A stretch of DNA of 55,055 nt, from NCBI GenBank assembly GCA_020027245.1, contig JAHRAN010000056.1, positions 1 through 55,055 on the forward strand. Direction: 5' to 3'. A model generated the notes under the pieces. That model saw nothing but the letters and a program-made list of their open reading frames with translations. It did no database searches and was not told where the DNA came from. Numbering within the stretch: the stretch's first letter is position 1; every line of letters starts with the position of its first letter. Shown here in pieces: positions 43,168 to 53,815 of this stretch. The DNA is from Myxococcota bacterium (GTDB lineage Bacteria; Myxococcota_A; UBA9160; UBA6930). Both the position numbers and the translations under genes were made by a program.

Positions 43168-43935
43168 TTACTCGGCGGGTGGTGTAGCCCGCCGGAAGCG
43201 GCCGCGCTGCAGGAAGGTCAGCACCTGCTCTTGTACTTGCAGGTTGCGGGCGATGAAGGTGTGGGTGACGGGCAGGACGATGTGGGCCGTCATGCCGGGG
43301 AGGCGCGTGCTGGCGATGGAGACTTTGCCGTCGTCGTCGCCGGGGATGAGCCAGGACGAGACGGGGTCAATACTCCGGGAGCCGGCGATGACGCCGAGTT
43401 CGAAACTTATCGGGCCAAACAATCCGGCGCGGCTTGCGGGGTCGGTGGTGAGTTGCTGCCCCGCTGGCCCGTAAAAAGCGCGATAGAGGGCGAGCTTGTG
43501 CAGGCGGTCTGCCACTTCGCTGCCCCGGTTGGGTGGCGCCAGTTGCACGACGCGCCCGAGCTTCGGGGGACGGTGGCGGCTTGCGACGGCGCGCGCGACC
43601 AGTGCGCCCAGCGAGCAGCCGACCAGATGCGTGCGCGCGCCGGCTGCAACCTTCGCGCGGATTCGCTCGTGGATATGGCGGGCGAGTTCTTCGATGGGAA
43701 ACTCGCGCGCGGGGTAGTCCAGGTTCAGCACCTCGTACCCCGCGTCCCGCAGCCGGTCTTCGAGGGGTCGCATCTGCCGGCTCGTGCGCCCGATGGCGTG
43801 CAGCAGGACGACGGTTTCAACCGCGCTGTGCTTCGCCGGCATGGCGGCCGCCGTCGTGTCCGCCGCCGGTGCGGACCACGCGCCGCTTTGGAAAGTAACG
43901 ATGAGTATGAGCAGGGCGACGGGTGTTGCGCGCAC
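43168..43935 (-). CDS. Secreted alpha/beta-fold hydrolase (esterase/lipase-like)
   Basis: It has a signal peptide. VVLLHAIGR, and the nucleophile elbow GCSLGA (GxSxG). Confidence 0.7.
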   Translation of the reverse strand: MRATPVALLILIVTFQSGAWSAPAADTTAAAMPAKHSAVETVVLLHAIGRTSRQMRPLEDRLRDAGYEVLNLDYPAREFPIEELARHIHERIRAKVAAGARTHLVGCSLGALVARAVASRHRPPKLGRVVQLAPPNRGSEVADRLHKLALYRAFYGPAGQQLTTDPASRAGLFGPISFELGVIAGSRSIDPVSSWLIPGDDDGKVSIASTRLPGMTAHIVLPVTHTFIARNLQVQEQVLTFLQRGRFRRATPPAE

Positions 43936-43959
43936 GGGTTGAACGGTTTGATGCCGGTG

Positions 43960-44589
43960 TCAGCGGCGGGCGAAGTTCGCCAGGTAGGGCAGGGCGTTTG
44001 CGGTGCGTTCGATGGCGGGGCCCGCTTCGAGCAGGACGCGGGTGGCGTTCCAGTTGCCTTCGAGCAGCGCGGCGCGCACGCCGTCCCGCAGACCGCAGTT
44101 GTGCAAGCCGGCGCTCGAGCGAAGCGTGCAGTGCCCGATATCCAGTACCACCTGCTGCGCGGGGTTGCCCTCGAGCGCGTCCATCAGCGCAGCCAGATCT
44201 CCCGGTTCGAGCGTGGCGCAGGGCAGGCCCAGCGCGCTGCAGTTGCCGACAAAGATCTCGGCGAAGCTCTCGCCGATGAAGGCTCGGAAGCCTGCGCGCA
44301 TCAGACTCTGCGGCGCGTGCTCGCGCGAGGAGCCGCAGCCGAAGTTCGCGCCCACCACCAGCAGGCGGGCCCCGGCAAAGCGCGGGTCGTCGAGCGGGTG
44401 ATCACTTTTAACCCCCGCCGCCGCCACCGCCGCCGCCGCCTGCTTGCGGTCGTCCTCGAAGGCGTGCGCGCCGAGGCCATCGAAGGTGACGCAGCGCAGA
44501 AAGCGCGCGGGGATGATGCGGTCGGTGTCTATGTCGTTGCCCCGCAGTACGCAGGCGCGGCCCTCGACCCGGCGGATGCGCTCGCTCAT
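43960..44589 (-). CDS. leuD: 3-isopropylmalate dehydratase small subunit
   Basis: ATG 44589 ([31 protein letters not shown]) and [18 protein letters not shown] overlap with leuC. Confidence 0.9.
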   Translation of the reverse strand: MSERIRRVEGRACVLRGNDIDTDRIIPARFLRCVTFDGLGAHAFEDDRKQAAAAVAAAGVKSDHPLDDPRFAGARLLVVGANFGCGSSREHAPQSLMRAGFRAFIGESFAEIFVGNCSALGLPCATLEPGDLAALMDALEGNPAQQVVLDIGHCTLRSSAGLHNCGLRDGVRAALLEGNWNATRVLLEAGPAIERTANALPYLANFARR

Positions 44590-46001
44590 CCGAGCAACTC
44601 CCGCACGTCGGTGACGCGGCCACGAAGCGCGGCGGCGGCGACCATCGCCGGCGACATCAGCAGCGTGCGCCCGGTCGGCGAGCCCTGTCGCCCCTTGAAG
44701 TTGCGATTGCTCGACGAGGCCGAGAGTTCGCGGCCGCGCAACTTGTCCGGGTTCATCGCGAGGCACATGGAGCAACCCGGTTCGCGCCACTCGAAGCCGG
44801 CGCTGCGGAAGATTTCGTCGAGCCCCTCGGCTTCGGCCTCCCGCGCCACGGCCTGCGAGCCCGGCACCACCAGCGTGCGCACCCCCGGCGCCACCTGTCC
44901 GGTGCGCGCCACCTTTGCCGCCTCGCGCAAATCGCTGATGCGCCCGTTGGTGCAGGAGCCGATGAAGGCGACATCAATCTTTGCGCCAAGAATAGGCTCC
45001 CCGGCGTGGAAGCCCATGAACGAAAGCGCCTCGCTGAAACCGCTGCGCTCCTCGTCCGGCACATCCGCCGGCAGCGGCAGCGCCTCGTTCACGCCGAGCG
45101 CCTGACCGGGGTTGATGCCCCAGGTCACGGTCGGCTCGATCTCCGCACCCGGGAAGGAAACCCGGTCGTCGAAGTCGGCGTCAGCGTCGCTTTTGAGTGA
45201 GCGCCACCAAGTGGCGGCGCGCTCGAAGGTCGCGCCCTCCGGCGGCGGCGCAAAAGCCCGCCCGCGCAGATACTCGATGCTGCGCTCGTCGGGGTTCGCA
45301 TACCCGACCCGCGCGCCGCCCTCGATGGACATATTGCACACGGTCAACCGCTCTTCCATGCTCATCGCTTCGATAACGGGGCCCGCGTACTCGTAGGCGT
45401 ACCCGACGCCGCCCTTCACGCCGAGCCGGCGGATGATGTGCAAGATGACGTCTTTTGCATACACGCCGCCGCCGAGGGCGCCGCCTATTTCGATGCGCCG
45501 CACGCGCGGCTTCGCAAGCGTCAGGCACTGGGTGGCGAGTACATCGCGCACCTGAGAAGTGCCGATGCCGAAGGCGATGGCGCCGAAGGCGCCGTGGGTC
45601 GAGGTGTGGCTGTCGCCGCAGGCCACGGTCATGCCCGGCTGCGTGAGCCCGAGCTCGGGGCCGATCACATGCACGATGCCCTGCTTCCCGCTGGCCGGGT
45701 CGAAGAGTTTGATGCCGTGCTCCCGGCAGTTGGCTTCGAGTGCGGCCATCATCTCTTCGCCCAGCGCGTCCTCGAGCGGGCGCTGCTGCGAATCCGTCGG
45801 CACGATGTGATCCACGGTTGCGAAGGTGCGCTCCGGGAAGCGCACCGGCAGCTCCATTTCGCGCAGCATCGCAAAAGCCTGCGGGCTCGTGACCTCGTGG
45901 ATCAGGTGCAAGCCCACGAAGAGCTGGCTCTGGCCGTCCGGGAACTCGCGCACCGTGTGCGCTTCCCATACTTTGTCGAACAGGTTGCGCTGGCTGCTCA
46001 T
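44586..46001 (-). CDS. leuC: 3-isopropylmalate dehydratase large subunit
   Basis: LFDKVW..H.V....G...[15 protein letters not shown] and aconitase-family Cys ligands (GDSHT, GSCTNGR, CSMCL). Confidence 0.93.
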   Translation of the reverse strand: MSSQRNLFDKVWEAHTVREFPDGQSQLFVGLHLIHEVTSPQAFAMLREMELPVRFPERTFATVDHIVPTDSQQRPLEDALGEEMMAALEANCREHGIKLFDPASGKQGIVHVIGPELGLTQPGMTVACGDSHTSTHGAFGAIAFGIGTSQVRDVLATQCLTLAKPRVRRIEIGGALGGGVYAKDVILHIIRRLGVKGGVGYAYEYAGPVIEAMSMEERLTVCNMSIEGGARVGYANPDERSIEYLRGRAFAPPPEGATFERAATWWRSLKSDADADFDDRVSFPGAEIEPTVTWGINPGQALGVNEALPLPADVPDEERSGFSEALSFMGFHAGEPILGAKIDVAFIGSCTNGRISDLREAAKVARTGQVAPGVRTLVVPGSQAVAREAEAEGLDEIFRSAGFEWREPGCSMCLAMNPDKLRGRELSASSSNRNFKGRQGSPTGRTLLMSPAMVAAAALRGRVTDVRELLG

Positions 46002-46067
46002 GCGCGGAAACTAGCATACCGGCAGCGTGGCGAGCCGCCCACGAAAGTCACCTGTTACGCTGCAACC

Positions 46068-46745
46068 ATGGAGTTGCTCTACACCGCACACGTTCCGTCG
46101 GGCGCTGGCCCCTTCCCCACCATTCTCGCGCTGCACGGTTGGGGCGCATCGGCTCACGACCTGCTCGGCCTCGCGCCGCTCCTTCATCGGGGCGAGGCGC
46201 TGGTGCTCTGCCCGCAGGGGCCGGTCGGTTTCGAGATTGCGCCCGATCAACTGCCGGGGCAACTGGGATTCGGCTGGTGGCCGCTGCGCCAGAGCCGCGA
46301 GCTCGATCTCACAGCCTTCGCCCACGCGCGCGACCAGCTGCGCGCCTTCCTCGACGCCGCCTGCCAGCGCTATCCCGTTGACCCGCGCAAACTCGTCGTG
46401 CTCGGCTTCAGCCAGGGCGGGGTGCTGGCCTGCGATCTGGTGCTCGGCGAGCCCGAGCGCTTCGCCGGCCTGATTGCGCTTTCGACCTGGTTGCCGGAGG
46501 CCGCCCTGCGCGCGCACCCGGAGTGCTCTGCGCATCAGAACTTTCCCGCCCTGCTGTTGCACGGCAGCGAGGACCCGATGATTCCGGTCGAGCAGGCGCA
46601 GCGTGCGCGCGACGCCCTGACCGCGCGCGGCCTCGATGTTTCCTACCGCGAATATCCGATGCAACACGAAATCAATCAGGAGGCGCTGATTCAGATTGCG
46701 CGCTGGCTGGAGGAGAAGGTGTTCAACCTGATCCAACTGTTGTAG
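46068..46745 (+). CDS. Phospholipase/carboxylesterase-family alpha/beta hydrolase
   Basis: In-frame ATG 46068 (MELLYTAHVP). LHGWGAS..DL, nucleophile GFSQGG, and HG..DP.IPV. The upstream part of the annotated ORF is antisense to leuC. Confidence 0.8.
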   Translation: MELLYTAHVPSGAGPFPTILALHGWGASAHDLLGLAPLLHRGEALVLCPQGPVGFEIAPDQLPGQLGFGWWPLRQSRELDLTAFAHARDQLRAFLDAACQRYPVDPRKLVVLGFSQGGVLACDLVLGEPERFAGLIALSTWLPEAALRAHPECSAHQNFPALLLHGSEDPMIPVEQAQRARDALTARGLDVSYREYPMQHEINQEALIQIARWLEEKVFNLIQLL

Positions 46746-46788
46746 CCGGCGGGTGCGAAGCACCTCGGGGGGTTAGACTGGCGCGCAC

Positions 46789-46864
46789 CGGGGTGTAGCT
46801 CAGCGGCCAGAGCCGGATCTTTGGGGGGTCCGTGTCGCGGGTTCGAATCCCGCCACCCCGACCA
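46789..46864 (+). tRNA. tRNA-Pro (anticodon TGG)
   Basis: Acceptor CGGGGTG/CACCCCG, anticodon stem GGATC/GGTCC with loop TTTGGGG, T-loop GGTTCGAATCC, and an encoded CCA. Confidence 0.9.
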
Positions 46865-46865
46865 G

Positions 46866-46975
46866 CCCCATCTTTTTGACCGCGCCGCACCATTAAGGTT
46901 CGGTTCCCCTCTCCCTCCGGGAGAGGGGGTAGGGGAGAGGGTTTTTAAGGTTGGGCGGCGGGCGCAGCCCGCCGC
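46866..46975. repeat. Composite of family B, family A and GC-palindrome modules
   Basis: cccatctttttgaccgcgccgcacc (B), ttcggttcccctctccc-tcc-gggagagggggtaggggagaggg (A), taaggttgggcggcgggcgcagcccgcc. Confidence 0.75.
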
Positions 46976-47032
46976 GCTCCGCAAGCTGTTACCCTCGCCA
47001 ACTTTCCGGGCCGCGCGTCCGGTGGAGGCCCG

Positions 47033-49045
47033 ATGCAAACGCAGCCAACTCCGTCGCTGCGCAGCCGGATCGAGAACACCATCCGCGGGCTTGTGGTGGA
47101 CGCCGTGCAGGCGGCGGGCATCGGGCACCTCGGTGCGCCGCTGGGCCTTGCGCGTCCGGTCTTCCAACTCTGGGATCAGCACCTGCGCTTCGACCCGCAG
47201 GATCCCGCGTGGCTGCTGCGCGACCGCTTCGTGCTTTCGGCGGGCCACGCCTCGATGCTGCTCTACGCGCTGCTGCATCTCTTCGAGACCGGCCTCGAGC
47301 TCGAGGAGATTGCGAACTTCCGGCAACTCGGCTCGCGCACGCCCGGTCACCCGGAGTTCGGCGTGACGCCGGGGGTCGAGGTGACCACCGGCCCCCTCGG
47401 TCAGGGCATCGGCAATGCGGTGGGCATGGCGCTGGCCGCGCGCGTCACCCGCTCGCGCTTCGAGGGCGCAGCGGCGGGTCCCGGCAACCACTTCGTCTAT
47501 GTCGTCGCCAGCGATGGCGACCTGATGGAGGGCGTTGGCTACGAGGCCTGCTCGCTCGCCGGTCATCTCGGACTCGGCAACCTGATCGTGCTCTACGACG
47601 ACAACCGGGTAACGATTGACGGCCCGACGAGTCTGTCCTTCAGCGAGGATGTAGCGGGCCGCTTCGGCGCGCAGGGCTTTCAGGTGGAAAGTATTGACGC
47701 CGAAGATGTGGCTGCCCTCGACGGCGCCCTCGAAACGGCGCGCGCGGCGCGTGACCAGCCCTCGCTGTTGATTCTGCGCAGCACCATCGGGCGGGGCAGC
47801 GGCTGGGCCGGTCAGTCCCGGGCGCACGGCGGCCCCTTCGACGACGAGGAAGCGCTGCGCACCCGGCGGCGGCTCGGCCTGCCCGAGGGCGAGCGCTTCG
47901 TCGTCGAGGACGAGGTGCGCGCCTACCTGCGCGCGCGCGCCCGCGCGAAGCACGCCGAGCGGCTCTCGCGCGAGGCCGACTTCGAGGGCTGGCGCAAAGC
48001 GAAGCCCGCTGCGGCAATACTTTTTGATCGCGCGCGCGCGGGGGCGTTGCCCGACGACTTCATCCCCCAACTCGTGCGCGGCTTCGAGGGTCAGGCCGAC
48101 GCCACGCGCAAACATTCGGGCGCGGTGATTCAGCGTCTGGTCGAGATGGCGCCCGGGCGCTGGATTGGCGGCTCCGCCGACCTCGCCGGCTCCAACAACA
48201 CGACCATCCGGGATGGCGGCTTCATCGGCGAGGGCGACGACCCCTTCGCCGGCGCCAACATTCACTTCGGCGTGCGCGAGCACGCGATGGGCGCCATCAC
48301 CAATGGCATCGCACTCGACGGCACGCTGTTGCCCTTCGCCGGCACCTTCATGGTGTTCAGCGACTACCTGCGCCCCGCGCTGCGTCTGGCGGCGCTGATG
48401 CAAATTCCCTCGACCTTTGTGTTCACGCACGACTCGATTTTCGTCGGCGAGGATGGCCCGACGCACCAGCCGGTCGAGCAACTCGATGCGCTGCGGGCGA
48501 TTCCGGGGCTCACCGTGTTCCGTCCGGCGGACGGCGTCGAAGCGGCGATGGCCTGGGCCTTTGCGGCGCAGCGCGAGCGCGGGCCGGTCGCCATCGTGTT
48601 GTCGCGGCAGAAAGTCGCGGCATTGAAACGCGAGGCGGACTTCAGGCCCGGCGATGTCTGGAAGGGCGGCTACCTGCTGCGCGAGCCGGTCGGGCCGCCG
48701 GCGGTGGCGCTGCTGGCGACCGGCTCGGAACTGCCGCTCGCCTGCGACGCCGCCGTGCTGCTGGCCGAGCAAAGTATCGCCGCGCGCGTGGTGTCGCTGC
48801 CGTGTCTTTCGCTGCTGCTCGCGCAGGACGCGGCCTACATCGAGGAACTGCTGCCGCGCGACTTGCCGGCCGTCGCCGTCGAGGCCGGGCTCGGCGAGAG
48901 CCTGCGCGTGCTGGTCGGTCGCGACGGGCTGATTTATGGGCAAAAAAGTTTTGGCGCGTCGGCGCCCTGGACCACGCTCGCCGAGCACTTCGGCTTCACG
49001 CCCGAAAAACTCGCGCAGGCGGTGCGCGACAAACTCGGTCGCTGA
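47033..49045 (+). CDS. tkt: Transketolase
   Basis: GIGHLGAPLG, LSAGHASMLLYALLHL, the TPP motif GPLGQGI..AVG and GDG.LMEG, plus FTHDSI.VGEDGPTHQP.E. Confidence 0.95.
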   Translation: MQTQPTPSLRSRIENTIRGLVVDAVQAAGIGHLGAPLGLARPVFQLWDQHLRFDPQDPAWLLRDRFVLSAGHASMLLYALLHLFETGLELEEIANFRQLGSRTPGHPEFGVTPGVEVTTGPLGQGIGNAVGMALAARVTRSRFEGAAAGPGNHFVYVVASDGDLMEGVGYEACSLAGHLGLGNLIVLYDDNRVTIDGPTSLSFSEDVAGRFGAQGFQVESIDAEDVAALDGALETARAARDQPSLLILRSTIGRGSGWAGQSRAHGGPFDDEEALRTRRRLGLPEGERFVVEDEVRAYLRARARAKHAERLSREADFEGWRKAKPAAAILFDRARAGALPDDFIPQLVRGFEGQADATRKHSGAVIQRLVEMAPGRWIGGSADLAGSNNTTIRDGGFIGEGDDPFAGANIHFGVREHAMGAITNGIALDGTLLPFAGTFMVFSDYLRPALRLAALMQIPSTFVFTHDSIFVGEDGPTHQPVEQLDALRAIPGLTVFRPADGVEAAMAWAFAAQRERGPVAIVLSRQKVAALKREADFRPGDVWKGGYLLREPVGPPAVALLATGSELPLACDAAVLLAEQSIAARVVSLPCLSLLLAQDAAYIEELLPRDLPAVAVEAGLGESLRVLVGRDGLIYGQKSFGASAPWTTLAEHFGFTPEKLAQAVRDKLGR

Positions 49046-49064
49046 ACGGCGCGGCGCGGCGACG

Positions 49065-50462
49065 CTACGACCGCCCACCAAGCGCGCCGCCGAGACTCTG
49101 GAAGGGCTCCTTCGCCGGCATCATGTAGTCCGAGGGTATTTCGCGGCGCGCGACATGGCTCTCGTGCGCGGCCTGCGCCACCACGCGCGCGACGGCGCGG
49201 TGCACATCGCGGCGCAGCGGGTTCGGCACCAGTTCATAGGGCCCGGCGTGCTTTGCGATGCAGCGGGCCGCCGCCAGATACATTTCGTCGCTGATCTGCC
49301 GCGCGCGGGTGTCAATGGCGCCGCGCAGCAGACCCGGGAAGCCGAGCAGGTTGTTGACCGAGCGCCCGTCGGCGGCGAAGGCGGCGCCCGCCTCGAGCGC
49401 CCGCTCGGGGTTGATCTCCGGATGCGGGTTGGTGAGCGCCAGAATGCACATCCCCTTGCGCACGCTCGAAGCTTCGATCAGGTCGCGGCGGCCGGTGACG
49501 GCGACCAGCAGGTCGCAGCGCTCCATCAATTCCCGCTGGCTCTCGAGCACCACGCCGCCTGCGGCGCTGAGCCGCGCGCGGGCTTCCGGGTTCGGGTCGT
49601 AGCCGAACACGGGTGACGCGACCGCGCGCTGCATCATGCGCGCAATGGCGTTGCCCGCCGCGCCCAGACCGAGCACTCCTATGGGCATCTCCTCGATGCG
49701 CCGCCCGGCGCGCGTCGCAGCGTTGCTGGCGGCAGCCAGCGCGACCACCGCGGTGCCGTGCTGGTCGTCGTGCAGCACCGGCATGTCGAGGGTTTCGATC
49801 AGGCGCTGTTCGACCTCGAAGCACACCGGCGATTCGATGTCCTCGAGTTGAATGGCCGCAAAGCCCTCGGCGATGGCGCTGACCGCGTCCACAATGGCCT
49901 GCGGCTCGCGCAGGTTCAGCACAATCGGCCAGGCGGAGATGCCGACGAACTGTTGCAGCAGCGCGGCCTTGCCCTCCATCACCGGCAGCGCGGCCACCGG
50001 GCCGACGTTGCCGAGGCCGAGCACGCGGGTGCCGTTGGTGACGATCGCCACGCTCTTGCCGCGCACCGTGAACACATAGGATTCCTCTGGTTGCCCGGCG
50101 ATGGTGCGCACCACTTCGGCGACGCCCGGCGTATAGACGCGCCGCAGGTCGGCCACGCTTTGCACCGGATGTGTGGCGCGCACTTCGAGCTTTCCGTCTA
50201 TGTGCAGGTCGTGAACATCGTCAATCACCTCGAGCAGCTCGATGACCTCGAGACGCCGCACCAGCTCGACGACCCGGCGCAGCATCGCCTCGTCCGCAAC
50301 CAGCAGGTCGAGATCGCGCACGATGTGCTCGGGGCCGACCCAGATGGTGCGGATGTCGCCCAGATTCGCGCCCGCCTCGCCGATGCGGCTGGTGAGCAGG
50401 CCGAGCACGCCCGGCCGGTGCTTGTTGCGGACGCGCAGGGTGCGCAGCAGGCGGTCGGGCAT
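49065..50462 (-). CDS. NAD(P)-dependent malic enzyme with N-terminal ACT domain
   Basis: ATG 50462 follows GGAGAG. ACT-like [29 protein letters not shown]. Then [34 protein letters not shown] and the Rossmann loop LGLGAAG. Confidence 0.85.
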   Translation of the reverse strand: MPDRLLRTLRVRNKHRPGVLGLLTSRIGEAGANLGDIRTIWVGPEHIVRDLDLLVADEAMLRRVVELVRRLEVIELLEVIDDVHDLHIDGKLEVRATHPVQSVADLRRVYTPGVAEVVRTIAGQPEESYVFTVRGKSVAIVTNGTRVLGLGNVGPVAALPVMEGKAALLQQFVGISAWPIVLNLREPQAIVDAVSAIAEGFAAIQLEDIESPVCFEVEQRLIETLDMPVLHDDQHGTAVVALAAASNAATRAGRRIEEMPIGVLGLGAAGNAIARMMQRAVASPVFGYDPNPEARARLSAAGGVVLESQRELMERCDLLVAVTGRRDLIEASSVRKGMCILALTNPHPEINPERALEAGAAFAADGRSVNNLLGFPGLLRGAIDTRARQISDEMYLAAARCIAKHAGPYELVPNPLRRDVHRAVARVVAQAAHESHVARREIPSDYMMPAKEPFQSLGGALGGRS

Positions 50463-50661
50463 CTTCAAGCTCTCCGGCGCGGCCAGACCCCGTTGGGGGA
50501 GGCGCTTACGCACCGGCAAAGATAACAGGGCCCGGCTCGAATTGCCCCTTTAAATCCCCCCGAATTGTGCGTCGCGCCCCGATTAATGGGGTATGATATG
50601 CAGAGCGCAATGGGTCGGACAGACCACGCATCACACCGCGCAGAGCGGAAGGAGATCAGAA

Positions 50662-50919
50662 GTGAAGGTATGGCATTTCGAGCGAGCCGTCTGGGAACTG
50701 GATGGCGTTCGCGTCGTCGTTCGCGCGCCCTGGGAGGCGCAGGTGGGGGCCTACGATTACACGAACGCCGTCAAGAGCAACGTCAATGTCAAGACATTTC
50801 TCGCAAAGAGGATCGAGAAGAAAGTCGTCCCCTATGAAGTGGTGGTCGTGGACGGCCACGGCAAACTGGTACACGGAAGGATGTATCTCTCGAACCTGAG
50901 AGAATCCTACGGCGGCTGA
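50662..50919 (+). CDS. 85-aa hypothetical protein upstream of dinB
   Basis: GTG 50662 lies 7 nt after AAGGAG. G+C is lower than the surroundings. I recognise no family. Its stop is only 31 nt before the annotated dinB start. Confidence 0.45.
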   Translation: MKVWHFERAVWELDGVRVVVRAPWEAQVGAYDYTNAVKSNVNVKTFLAKRIEKKVVPYEVVVVDGHGKLVHGRMYLSNLRESYGG

Positions 50920-50950
50920 TTTCCGAGAGCGCCGGCTGGCGCGGCGCATT

Positions 50951-52183
50951 TTGCATGCGGACATGGATGCTTTTTACGCATCCATCGAGCAGCGCGACCA
51001 GCCAGAGTTGCGCGGTCAACCGGTGGTGGTGGGCGGCACGGGGCCGCGTGGTGTGGTGTCGGCGGCGAGTTACGAGGCCCGCGTCTCTGGCGTGCGTTCC
51101 GCGATGCCCACCGCGCAGGCGCGCAAATTGTGTCCGGATGCAGTCTTCCTGCGCGGCGACATGCCGCGCTATGTGCGCGAGTCGAAGCGCATTTTTGAAA
51201 TCTTTCGCACGCTGACACCGAAGGTCGAGGGCCTGTCGCTCGACGAGGCCTTTCTCGATCTGACGGGCAGCGAGCGCCTGCTCGGCCCGGCTGCCCAGGC
51301 GGCCGAGTTGCTGCGCGCGCGGGTGCGGCGCGAAACCGGGCTCGTGGTTTCCTGCGGTCTCGCGCCGGTAAAGCTGGTGGCGAAGATTGCGAGCGCGCTG
51401 GCCAAACCAGATGGTTTTATCGAAGTGCGTGAAGATGATGTCGCGCGCTTTCTCGAACCCCTGCCGGTCTGGCGGTTGTGGGGTGTCGGGCCGGTGGCGC
51501 GCGCCCGGCTCGAGCGGCTCGGCATCGAAACCGTGGGTGAACTGGCGCGCAGCGACGCAAAGCGGATCGAAGGCGCGCTCGGAAATGCGGGGCTCGAACT
51601 CGCGCGCCTCGCGCGGGGCGAGGGCCTGCGCGGAGATGAAAATGAAGAAGTTAAATCGGCCCGGGAAGCGGTGTCGCTGAGCGAAGAGAACACCTTCGAG
51701 CGCGATGTCTGCGATTCCCGCGTCCTCGAAGCGGCGCTGCGCACGCACGCGGAGGCGGTTGCGCGGCGGCTTCGTCGCAGTGGGTTGCTGGCGCGCAGCG
51801 TGGTGCTGAAATGTAAACTCGCGCGGCGCATAAAGACGGGGCCGCGCGGCTTTCGGCTGCGCACGCTCCGCGAAACCCTGCTCGAGCCAAGCGATGACGG
51901 CGCCGACATCGCCGGGGCCGCCCGTCGCCTGCTCGCGCGCGCACACATCGAGGAGCCGCTGCGATTGATCGGCGTCGGGGTGACCAACCTGATTCCAAAC
52001 GAGAGCGAGCAACTCTCGCTGCTCGAACCGGCCCGCGCGCGCGAGCAGCGGCGTCGCCTGAACCGGAGCCTCGATGAAATCAGCGAGCGCTTCGGCCCCG
52101 GCGCCGTGCGTCGCGCCGCCGAGGACGAGATCATCCGCCAGGCGCCGTCGCTCCAGATCAAACGGGGCGAAGCCGAGCGCTGA
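50951..52183 (+). CDS. dinB: DNA polymerase IV (Y-family)
   Basis: (RRI)LHADMDAFYASIEQRD.PEL.G.PVVVGG, SLDEAFLD, and the little-finger region. The exact start is uncertain: TTG 50951, CTG 50936 or ATG 50963. Confidence 0.9.
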   Translation: MHADMDAFYASIEQRDQPELRGQPVVVGGTGPRGVVSAASYEARVSGVRSAMPTAQARKLCPDAVFLRGDMPRYVRESKRIFEIFRTLTPKVEGLSLDEAFLDLTGSERLLGPAAQAAELLRARVRRETGLVVSCGLAPVKLVAKIASALAKPDGFIEVREDDVARFLEPLPVWRLWGVGPVARARLERLGIETVGELARSDAKRIEGALGNAGLELARLARGEGLRGDENEEVKSAREAVSLSEENTFERDVCDSRVLEAALRTHAEAVARRLRRSGLLARSVVLKCKLARRIKTGPRGFRLRTLRETLLEPSDDGADIAGAARRLLARAHIEEPLRLIGVGVTNLIPNESEQLSLLEPARAREQRRRLNRSLDEISERFGPGAVRRAAEDEIIRQAPSLQIKRGEAER

Positions 52184-52233
52184 GCGCCGCTTTGCAAGTT
52201 CACCCGCTGAGTGCGGCGCGCGCCGCCGTGCGA

Positions 52234-52872
52234 TCACTCGGGCTTGATTTGCGTGTGCCCGTTGCTGATTTTGACGCGGCCCTCGGCGATCAAACGAATC
52301 GCTTCCGGAAGCAACTCGCGTTCGAGCGCCTGCACCCGCGCGGCCAGGGTCTCGGCGGTGTCCTCCGCTTCCACCGGCAGCGCGCGCTGCAACAGGATGG
52401 GGCCGGTGTCGTATTCGTCGTCAACAAAGTGCACGGTGACGCCGGTTACCTTGGCGCCGCGTTCGAGCACGGCCTCGTGCACGTGGCGACCGTACATTCC
52501 GGGGCCCGAGAAGGCGGGGATGAGCGAAGGGTGAACATTGATTACCCGCCCCTCGTAGCGGCCGCGCACCTGGAAGGGTGACAGGAAACCGAGCAGCGCG
52601 ACGAGTTCCACTCCGTGCTCGCCGAGTGCTTTGTGGATGCGGTCGTTCATCGTGTCCACATCGAGTTCGCGGCGCGCCGCCGTAAGCGTCGGTACAGCCC
52701 GGCGCCGGGCGCGCGCGAGCCCGCCCGCTTCGCGCTTCGAAGAAATGACCACGACGACCCGGGCCGGCAGTCCGCGCGCCTCGATGTACTCGAACAAATT
52801 CTCGAGGCTCGTGCCCTCGCCCGAGAGCAGCACGCCGACGCGCAGCACGCGCTGCCCATTGTGCTTTGTCAT
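52234..52872 (-). CDS. purN: Phosphoribosylglycinamide formyltransferase
   Basis: ATG 52872. VGVLLSGEGTSLE.L, INVHPSLIPAF.G, TGVTVHFVD.EYDTGPI. ATGA overlap with metF. Confidence 0.9.
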   Translation of the reverse strand: MTKHNGQRVLRVGVLLSGEGTSLENLFEYIEARGLPARVVVVISSKREAGGLARARRRAVPTLTAARRELDVDTMNDRIHKALGEHGVELVALLGFLSPFQVRGRYEGRVINVHPSLIPAFSGPGMYGRHVHEAVLERGAKVTGVTVHFVDDEYDTGPILLQRALPVEAEDTAETLAARVQALERELLPEAIRLIAEGRVKISNGHTQIKPE

Positions 52873-53747
52873 CTGCCCTCGCTCCCGCGCAGGTTCTGGT
52901 GCACGCGGCGCGTCGCCGATGAGCGGTTCAAGGTATAGAAGTGGATGCCGGGGACGCCCTGCTCGAGCAGTTCCAGACACTGCCGCGTCGCCCACTCGAC
53001 GCCGACTTCGAAGCCGCGCTGCGTGTCCTGGCCAGCGTCTTCGAGCGCGCGCGCGAGTTCGGCCGGCGTCTCCGAGCCGGGCGACAGCCGCATCACCGTT
53101 TGCAGGTTGCGGATCCCGGTCATCGGCATGATGCCCGGCACGATCGGCGCCACAATGCCTTCGGCGCGCGCCCGTTCGAGGAAGCGAAAGTAGTGCGCGT
53201 TGTTCAGAAACAACTGCGTCACCAGAAACTCTGCGCCGGCGTCGAGTTTGCGTTTCAGGTTGTCGAGGTCGGCCTCGGCACTCGGCGCCTCGTGGTGCGT
53301 CTCCGGGTAGCAGCCGCCCCCCACCGTGAAGTCCCAGTGCTCGTGAATGAAGGCGGTGAGCTCGCTGGCGTAGCGGAACTCGTCCGGCCCCGGCCGCCAG
53401 CCCGGCTGATCCGGCGGCGGGTCGCCGCGCAGCGCCATGATGTGGCGGATGCCGGCCTGCTGAAGCTGGTCGAGGGTGGCGCCGAGTTCGTCCCGGGTCT
53501 GCGTCGCACAGGGCAGATGCGCCATGGCCGTGATGCCGAGTTCGCGCTGAATCTGAATCACCAGCTCGGCGGTTCTGGCGCGGTTTTCGCCGCGCGCGTG
53601 GCTGGTCACCGAAACGAAGCCGGGGCCCAGGGTCTTGAGCTCGGCGATGCTGCGGTAGAGCGCGCGGTAGCCGGCGTCGCTCCTGGGCGGGAAGAACTCA
53701 AACGAGTAAATCGTCCGGCCACTCTGGTAGAGCCCGGGGATTCTCAT
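52869..53747 (-). CDS. metF: 5,10-methylenetetrahydrofolate reductase
   Basis: ATG 53747 (MRIPGLY). SFEFFPPR, F.SVT and LRGDPP are present. The C-terminus has GIHFYTLN. Confidence 0.9.
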   Translation of the reverse strand: MRIPGLYQSGRTIYSFEFFPPRSDAGYRALYRSIAELKTLGPGFVSVTSHARGENRARTAELVIQIQRELGITAMAHLPCATQTRDELGATLDQLQQAGIRHIMALRGDPPPDQPGWRPGPDEFRYASELTAFIHEHWDFTVGGGCYPETHHEAPSAEADLDNLKRKLDAGAEFLVTQLFLNNAHYFRFLERARAEGIVAPIVPGIMPMTGIRNLQTVMRLSPGSETPAELARALEDAGQDTQRGFEVGVEWATRQCLELLEQGVPGIHFYTLNRSSATRRVHQNLRGSEGR

Positions 53748-53815
53748 CGCCCGAGTGTAGCGTTGACGGAAGCTGTGCGCGCGGGCAGACTGCCTGCGCC
53801 CGGGGAGGAGCCGCA

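Noticed and set aside
50520-50660. LexA/SOS box upstream of the small ORF-dinB unit
   Set aside because: I found no CTGT-N8-ACAG, GAAC-N4-GTTC or GTTC-N7-GTTC type palindrome by eye. Only a CGAATTG direct repeat is present. I cannot call an SOS box without knowing the lineage-specific motif.
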